A DNA stretch of 64,000 bases from Mobula hypostoma (taxonomy: Eukaryota): positions 5,086,001-5,150,000 of the forward strand of contig NC_086109.1 of NCBI RefSeq assembly GCF_963921235.1. Direction: 5' to 3'. The position numbers and the translations under genes were made by a program. The notes beneath the pieces are model-generated. The model ran no database searches, was not told the origin of the DNA, and saw only the letters and a program-made list of their open reading frames with translations. Shown here in pieces: positions 51,101-60,100 of this stretch. Positions within the stretch are counted from its first letter, which is position 1; every line of letters starts with the position of its first letter.

Positions 51101-54100
51101 TTTTGTGCGTGTTGCTTGGATCTCTGGCATCTTCAGATTTTCTTGTGTTTGAAGACAGGGTAGTGGTGACTTAGGTCTTGGGATTTGGGATTCTTGACTA
51201 TCTGAGACTGGAATTGGAATATTATTGTCACATGTACCGAGATACAGTGAAAAACCTGTCTTGCACAATGCCCACACAGGTCAATTCACTACACGGTGCA
51301 TTGTGGTAGTACAAGATAAACAAGTAGCAATGTAGAATGAAGTGTAACAACTAGAGAGAAAGTGCAGTACAGGTAAACAATAAGGTGAATCCCAATTTCA
51401 AAGCTTCCCCGCCCCCCCCCCCACATTCCTTGGTCCAGGTTGGCAGTGGGATGGAAGGTGAGCAAGGACCCTTCTACATCTGCTGGATCTATGGCGACTC
51501 GTGTGTATTTGCCTTGATCTGGCTTGCACTCCCATTGAGGACAGGAAGGAGGTAGATGGTGCAGACAGTCTGGAAAACATCCTCTAAATTACCTGCTTTT
51601 CAAAAAAAAATCTCTCACCTTAAATTTGAGCATGACTTCATTCAGTTGGAACTTCTCAGCCATGTCTAACTGTATGAAGACTTGATCCTGATCTGCAAAC
51701 ACAAAGACAGAGCAGAATAAAAGATCAAAAACATTTGTTAGGATTATGTCAATTTTCAAGCTATGAAACTAGGGTAGATAAAGGGAAGTTATTTCCTTTG
51801 TCCAGTGCCCAGATATTAGGACTAGCCTTTTTGTGAGTGTTATAAAGCACCGAAACTGGCCCCTCGGCCCAACTAGCCTATGCTGAGCAGGATGCCTCAT
51901 CCAAGCTAATCTCATTTGCCAGTGTTTGGCCAATATCCCTCTAAACTGGGGGGTTCCCAACCTTTTTTAACGCCATGGACCCCGACCATTAACTGAGGAG
52001 TCTGGTTGGGATCCCCTGCTCTGGAACCCCTACTCTAAACCTTTCCAATACACGAGTCTTTTAAGTTCTTATTGTTCCTGCCTCAACCACTTCCTCTGGC
52101 AGCTCATTCCTTAGAAATATCACCCAACAAGAAGTTGTCTCTTATCTTGTACACCTCTATCATGTCTCCTCTCATCCTCTTTCTCTCCAAAGAGTAAAGC
52201 CCTAGCTCCCTAAATCTCTGATCATAATCCATACTCTCTAAACCAGGCAGCACCCTGGTAAATCTCCTCTGTACCCTTTCCAATGCTTCCACATCCTTCC
52301 TATAGTGAGGCGACCAGAACTGGACACAGTACTCCAAGTGTGGCCTAACCAGAGAATAATGGGACAACACTTCTATACATCATCTCTCATTCTTCTTTGC
52401 TCTGAGGAATAAAACCCTAGTCGGCCAACCTCTTCCTGTAACTCAATATCTCAAATCTGCACAGCATCCTTGTAAGTCTTAAATCTATATCCTTTAGTGT
52501 CAGATTCCTCCACCCTAGAGAAAACACAGACCCAGTGTTGGAAAGTGAGGAGCTCTTTACTCTGTTACATTGACATTGAAATATAATGACAAGGGATGTG
52601 GGTAGGATGTTCTTTATAAGTTGTTACTATACTCTTCTCCATGTAGATGCAACCCTTGTGTAAAAATGTTGGCCCTCTTCCTATTAAATCTCTCCATTCC
52701 CATGTTAAACCTATGCCCTCTAGATGTTGATTCCACAAGCTTGGATGCATTCACCCTGTCTATGTCTCTCAAGATTTGATACAGTCTGCTATGTGCCAGT
52801 GAAAACCATCCTCACCTGTCTAACCCCTCTCTATAACTCAGTTCCTCAAGTCATGGTAGCATCCTCGTAGATTTTCTCTGCAACCCTTGCAGTTTAATGA
52901 CACCCTCGCTAGAGCAGGGGTTCCCAACCTGGGGTCCACAGATAACTTGGTTAATGGTCTGTGGCTTTAAAAAAAAGGTTGGGAACCCCTGTGCTAGAGG
53001 AAGGGTGACCAAAACTGAACACGAGTTGTGCGAAGACCTCACACAACTGAGTGAAGTCTAGTAAAACAGAAGTTCTTTAGGTGGCTCAATTCTAAGGTAA
53101 TGGATACCCATCTTACTGTGGAATTTTCAAGAAGAGGAATTCTGATAGAGTCAGATTTCCACAGCAGAGAAATGGGCCCTCTGGCCTGTTCAGTCTATGC
53201 CGAACTGTTACTCTGCCTGATTCCATTGACCTGTACCTCTCCATACCACTCCCACCTGTGTACCTATCCAAACTTCTCTTAAATGTTGTAATCAAACCCA
53301 TATTCATCACTTCTGCTGGCAACTCATTTCATTCTCTCTCACCACCCTCTGTGAGGAGAAATGCCCTCTCATGTTCTGCTTAAATATATCACCTTTCACC
53401 CTTAACTGCTAGCTCTAGTCTCACCCAACTGCAGTGGGAAAAGCCTGCTTGCATTTACTCTATTTGTACCCCTCATAATGTTGAATGCCTCCATCAGATC
53501 TCCCCCCATTCGCCTACAGCCCTGGATCGTACCATTTTCTGATTGCCACCAGCTTCTCAGGGAGTCTGAGGGAATGACATTGCTGATACGGTGGCTGTTG
53601 GTGAAGTACACGGGATTGTAGTCATTCCTGGAGTCACAGATGCAGCACTGCAGTAATTCCTGTGGGAAAATCCATGGGCACAGATCACTCACCATGCACA
53701 CAAAGCAACTGCTCCCTCCCCCAATGTCTTTATTCAACCCCATTATTCAGTTCTCTGGCTTACAGCTGTACATAACCACAATTACTTTCATAGAACAGTA
53801 CAATACAGAACCTTTGAATCAGCTCCTTTGATCAATCTAACCCTTCCCTCCCACATAACCCTCCATTCTTCTATCATCCATGTGCCTATCGAAGAGTCTC
53901 TTCAATGTCCCTGCTGTATCTGTCTACAACAGCACCGTAGGCAATGTGTTTGATGCACCTACCACGTACTAAAAAATTCTACCCAAGACACCCCCCTATA
54001 TTATCCTACAATCTCTATTGAATTATATTGTATTAACCATTTCTTCCCTGGCAAAAATTCTCTGGCTGTCCACTCAATCTATGCTTCTTATCATCTTAAC

Positions 54101-57100
54101 CACCTCTGTCAAGTCACCCCTCATCCTCCTTCGCTCCAAAGAGAAAAGCCCTCGCTCACTCAACCTTTCCTCACAAGATACGCTCTCTAATCCAGGCAGC
54201 GTCCTGGTAAATCTCCTCTGCACCCTCTCTGAAGCTTCCACATCCTTCCTACAAGGGGGTGGACAGTTTCAGTTCAGGATCTGAAGAGAACATTCAAAAC
54301 CAACCCATCCTCATCCAACCCATTGAGAATTCCCCCAATCCCTTTGGCTTCCACTCCCATCCATAGGAGATTGTTTCAAATGTATTCGTTCACAGAAAGG
54401 GGATGTCACTGGCAAGACTGGTACTTTAGATGTGGTGTCAATATAAGATGGAACGCTTCCTTGTCAGTCATTAGTCAGTGAGATCAGCATCTCAGCCAAA
54501 TGTCTTGCAGGCTGTCAAAGAGGTGAAATACCTTCTGCTGGTGCCTGCTACCCAGCCAGTCTGGGTTTAACTGAAATGAGTGATCTGGGCTTTTTTGTTT
54601 TAAAACAAATATCACTTGTTTTCCACTCAACTTGCTGTTCGACAAGAAAAGGGAAGTATGCAAGATGCCTTCTTAGCGTAGCGGTTAGGGCGACGTTATT
54701 ACAGCTCAGAGTTCGGAGTTCAATTGTGGCACCGTCCCGTAAGGAGTCTCTGACCTCCCCATGGAATGCATGGAGTTTCCCCCCAGGTCCCTGGTTTCCT
54801 CCCACAGTCCAAAGACATATCAGATACATTAACTGGTCATTGTAAGTCGCCCCGTGATCAGGTTAGGGTTAATCGGATTTGGCAGGCGTTTCTGGGGCGG
54901 TGAGGCTCAAAGGGTCTGTTCTGTGCTGGATCGCTAAATAAATAAATTTACCACCTTATCAAACCGCATAACCACTTTCAGGGAGCTGTGGACTTAGACC
55001 CCAAATTCCCTCTGTACAGCAACACTGTCATTAACAGTGTAAAAGCCCCTTACATTTGGCCTGCCCAAGTGTAACACTTCACTTTTGGCAAGAGGCATGT
55101 CACATTTTCATTCTGCTTTCTCTGAAACGGCCAATCAAGGCTTTGAGTTTTAAAGCAAGTGCAGGCTCAAGTTACAACACTAAAATGGGCACAAAGCAGC
55201 ATCACCTTCTCCAAACTTGCCCTACTTCTCTGCCATAATCTGACAGCCGAGTTACTGAGATCCCAATGCCGACTGTTGTGTAACATTATGCTCTGATGAA
55301 ACTGTGACTGATTTATCCTAAGTACACATCATTGGGAAGCAACGTCCTCAATACTCCTCATGTAGTCATGGCCATAAAAATCATTACTTTCTGCTGCTCT
55401 AAGCTAATTTTGCAAATGTTTGGCAGACCTTCTGGGTGAATCCAGTGCCAACAATTTAGCAACTGTGTCAACTTCTCCTCCCATGAACCAGCTGTCAGAA
55501 TTTTCTGTCTCTGCATGAACGCAGCTGATCTGACTACAAGCTGCTAACTCAAACCACAACCTTTAAATGTCTAATTCTGAGACTTATCCCCGATCACCCT
55601 GATACCCTACATTCTCTTGTTGGTAATGACAGGATTCACAGCTCATGTTAGAAGATGCAGGCTTAGGGAAGCCATGGGCCAAAAAATATTCAGCCAAAAA
55701 AAAAAACCAGGGGCTTTGGAGTGTGACAATGTGTTTCATAATCAGATTTAATATCACTGGCATGTGTCTGGAAATGTGTTGTTTTGCAGCAGCACATTGC
55801 AAAACATGGGTTCATTGTCCATTCAGAAATTGTCCTTTTCGAGATACAGCACCATAACAGGCTCACCTCACCAAACGAGCCAGCGCCACTTAATTACAAC
55901 CATGATCAATTAACCGGGTGGCGAGGTGGAGATACGTTTCTACTAAAAGAAGTGTGAAGTGCTCTTTCCCTCCACTAGCCTGCAGGTCACCCTTGGGCAA
56001 GGTGTAGCACCTGCTTAGCCCCTGATCAGGGTCACGTGAAGCCATGGGATCAGCCATGGATGGTCGTATGAGCAGCTGGTGCACATCACAATTCCTGGTT
56101 ATGCCACCACTGACGCCAGGCAGACAATCTCTGAAGAGTATTGATAATGGCCGGGCTCACCCATCTTGTAAAGACACTGCCCAGAAGGCAGCAATGGCAA
56201 ACCACTTCTGTAGAGAGATTTGCCAAGAACAATCGTGGTCATGGAAAGACCATGACCGCCCACGTGATATGACACGGCACACAATGATGATGTCATACAA
56301 CATAGAGTGCAATGTGCTGTTACGTCAATGACCAACAAACACAGCCTGAGACTGCGCTGGGGGCAGCCCACAAGTGTTGCTACACTTCTGGCTCTACAAC
56401 ACAGGCTGACTACAATTTACTAATCCTAATACGCTCGTCCTTGGATTGTGGGAGGAAACCAGAGCACCCTGAGGAAATCTACACGGCCACAGGGACAACA
56501 CAGAAACTCCTTACAGGGAGTTACGGGAAATGAATTCCAATCACTTGTGCCGTGAAGCCTTGTGCTAACCGTTATGCTGCTGTGCGGCCCAACTAAATTA
56601 TTGAAATTAGATCTTGTTGTAGAATTAGGCTATTCGGCCCATTGGCCCTGCTCCACCATTCCATCATGGCTGATTTATTATCCCTCTCAACCCCATTTTC
56701 CTGCCTTCTCCCCGTAACCTTTGAAATCTTTACTAATCAAGAATCTATCGCCATCCATTTTAAATATACCCAAAGACCTGGCCTCCACAGCCATCTGTGG
56801 CAATGAATTCCACAGATTCACCATTCTCTGGCTAAAGAAATTCCTCCTCATCTCTGTTCTAATTGGATGCCTTCCATTCTGAGGCAGTGCCCTCTGATTC
56901 AATTATAGGAAACATCCTCTCTACTTTCACTGTATTTAGACCTTTCAATATGATTCCAGAATTGAACGGTTTGCCAAGTAAAGAATGTTTGACGGCTCTG
57001 GGGCCTGTATTCACGAGAATTTAGAAGAAGGAGGGGTGAAACCTAATTGATACCTATTAAATGGTGAAAGGCCTTGATAGAGTGGATGTAGAGAGGACAT

Positions 57101-60100
57101 TTCCTATGGTGGGAGAGTCTAAGACCAGACACAGCCTCAGAATAGAGGGGCATCCTTTCAGAATGGAGATTAGGAGGAATTTCTTTATTCAGAGAGTGGT
57201 GAACTTGTGGAATTCTTTGCTACAGGTAGCTGTGGAGGCCAAATCTTTATGTATATTTAAGGCAGAGGTTGACAGATTCTTGGTTGGTCAGAGCATGAAG
57301 GGATGTTGTGGTGGGAGAAGGCAGGAGATTGGGGCTGAGAGGAAAGTTGGATCAGCCATGTTGAAATGGTGGAGCAGACTTGATGGGCCAAGTGGCCTAA
57401 TCTTATGGCCTTATGTTTTGAATATAATTAATAATATAGAAATATATTATAGATCAGGGGTTCCTAGCCTTTTTTTTTAATGCCATGGAGCCTTACCATC
57501 AACCGAGAAGTCTGCGGACCCAGGTTGGGAATATTTTTAAATTACCTGAAAACTTATTCATTTATTAATAGTTCCAAAAATGTCAGGATTAAGTCCTTCT
57601 TTGTTGCATTACAATACTTTTTTGTATCATTAGTTAAGTCTATAGTGCAAAATAAATAGAGCTGTTGCCATTATACTCCCCACAGCCAACGTTTATTTCT
57701 CAGCTAACATCACTGGTGCAGGGTATTGGATCATGGGACAATCCCTAGTTGACACGTTTTTTTGTATCAGTATCTTAGAGAGCTCCCAACAGAGTCAGAC
57801 CCTGTTTGGTTCACTGTCCACCATACTCATCACTGCAGTGCAAAATTTGCCATGTTCCTTGTCAATGCTTCAGAATGGTTGCATTTCTACATTATCTCAT
57901 AAATATCTCAATTCTCAAAAATGACCTTGTAGAGTGTGCCTTTTCTCACCTACCTATCACCTCCCCCGGTACCCCTCCCCCTTCCCTTCCTCCTGTGGTC
58001 CACTCTCCTCTCCAATCAGATTCCTTCCCCTCCAGCCCTTTGCCTTTCCAACCCACCTGGCTTCACCCATCAATTTTTAGCTATTCTTCTTCTCCACCCT
58101 GCTCCCCCCCCCCCCCCAGTATCTCTTCATGCTCTGACCGAGCAAGAATCTATCAATCTCTACCTCAAGTATACCTAAAGATTTGGCCTCCACAGCTGCC
58201 TGTGGCAAAGAATTCCACGGATTCACCACTCTCTGAACAAAGAAATTCTTCCTCATCTCCATTCTAAATGGATGCCCCTCTACTCTGGCATCTTCCCCCT
58301 CATTTTCCTGTCCTGAAGAAGGGTTTCAGCCTGTAACGTTGACTGTGTATTTATTTGTGGGTTAACCTGCCATCATGGATCATTAGGAGAAACTGAACCG
58401 GGACCCACCCAGTCTGATTAAACAGGAAAGTCCCAGCAAAGTTTCTGCTGCCAATAAGCAGCTCGACGTTGAGACAGGAGGGAGAGGGTGATTAAAGTGG
58501 GCGAGGCAGTGTTCGAGGAGGAAGTGGGTGGTGTTTTTGCAGAGCAGTCGCGCCAGGAGAGGAATCACAACCCAACAGCGAGTGCAGGGTCAGTGGGAAC
58601 AACACCAACCAGACTCTCCTCACTTCCCGATTCACCACGACACACTGATTACGGAGGATCCCACAGATCTTTTCTGGAGTGAGCTCCTCCCATAAGGGAA
58701 GAATATATTAGTTGATACATATACTACTGTACAGACAGTATTACATGGGAAGATTTTGATGTTAATGATGCCGTACTGAAATACTCAGTCTCTGAGAGTG
58801 TGAACTGGTCAGTGCGATGACACTGGATTGTGGAAATCCAAGGAACGATCCGATTGCCTTTTGAGGATATTGGATTGAGAGGAACTATTTCACAGGGAGT
58901 CTGGCACGTGGGGTGAGAGCAAAGTCTGAACTAGAAAACAATATCATTTATATCTATATTTTAAAAGTCAGTTCGGGGTAGCACGGCAGAGCATAGCGGC
59001 CAGTGCAACCAATGCTGTTACACCAGCAGCGACCCGGGCTCAATTTCCACCACTACTGCTGCCTGTATAGAGTTTGTACCTTCTCCCCGTGAGCACGTGG
59101 GTTTCCTCCAGGGGCTCTGGTTTCCTCCCACAGTCCAGAGGCACATGGGTTCGTAGGTTGAGTGGCCACGCGGGTGTAATTGGGTGGCGTGGGCTCATTG
59201 CACCAGAGGGGCCTGTTACCGCGTTGTGTCTCTAAACAGGTTTAAAATAAGTAATCCATTCTGCAATCTGCTGAGCTCAGACCGATCCCGAGCTCCTCGC
59301 CAAACCCACAGGGAAAGGGTTAGGATCAGTGAGTCGTGGGCATGCTACGTGGGTGTCGGAAACATGGCGGAACTTGCGGGCTGCCCCTCTGCCCCTCGCA
59401 CAGCCCATCTCTGTGTTGGCTGTTCACACAAATGACGCACGTGTGATCAATAAAGTTAATCTAGCCAGCACCGCCCGACAGATACTCGTCCTGTTTTACT
59501 TTGATGCTATACAGGCAGACTCAAGATACTGCACAGAGGAATTGGGAATCTGGAGCAGCTCACGATCTGCTGGAGGCACTCGAGTGGTCCAGCAGCATCT
59601 GTGGTGGAAAGGGATTTTCAGATCGAAACACTGTTCCTTTGCCCTGCTGCTCGAGTTTCTCCAGTAGACTCTGTCTCTCAAATGTTTGGTTTGTTTATTT
59701 ATTTATTTACAGCACAGAACAGGCCCTTCTGACCCAACGAACCACACCACACAGCAACCCACCTGTTTAACCCCAGCCTACTCACAGGACAATTTACAAA
59801 GACCAATTCACTGACTAACCGGTACGTCTTTTGAAGGTGGAAGGAAACTAGAGCACCCGGAAAAAAGCCCACATGTACAAACTCTGAACTCTGGAACGCC
59901 CCAAGCTGTAATAACATCACACTAACCTCCACACTACTGCGATGCCCCAAAGCAACCGCAGCAGGATTTGAACCTGCGACCCTCTGATCTGAAGTCAGAT
60001 GCCTTATCTACTTGGCCACATGGCCAATAAGAAACTACAATGACTTATTTACTTTATTGAGATATGGAGTAAGCTGCGTTGCCCAGCAATCCCTGATTTA

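Noticed and set aside
59953..60025. tRNA-Sec (anticodon TCA)
   Set aside because: It has a short variable loop, 73-nt length and 7/5 stems, and is colinear with tRNA-Arg; tRNA-Sec has a long variable arm.
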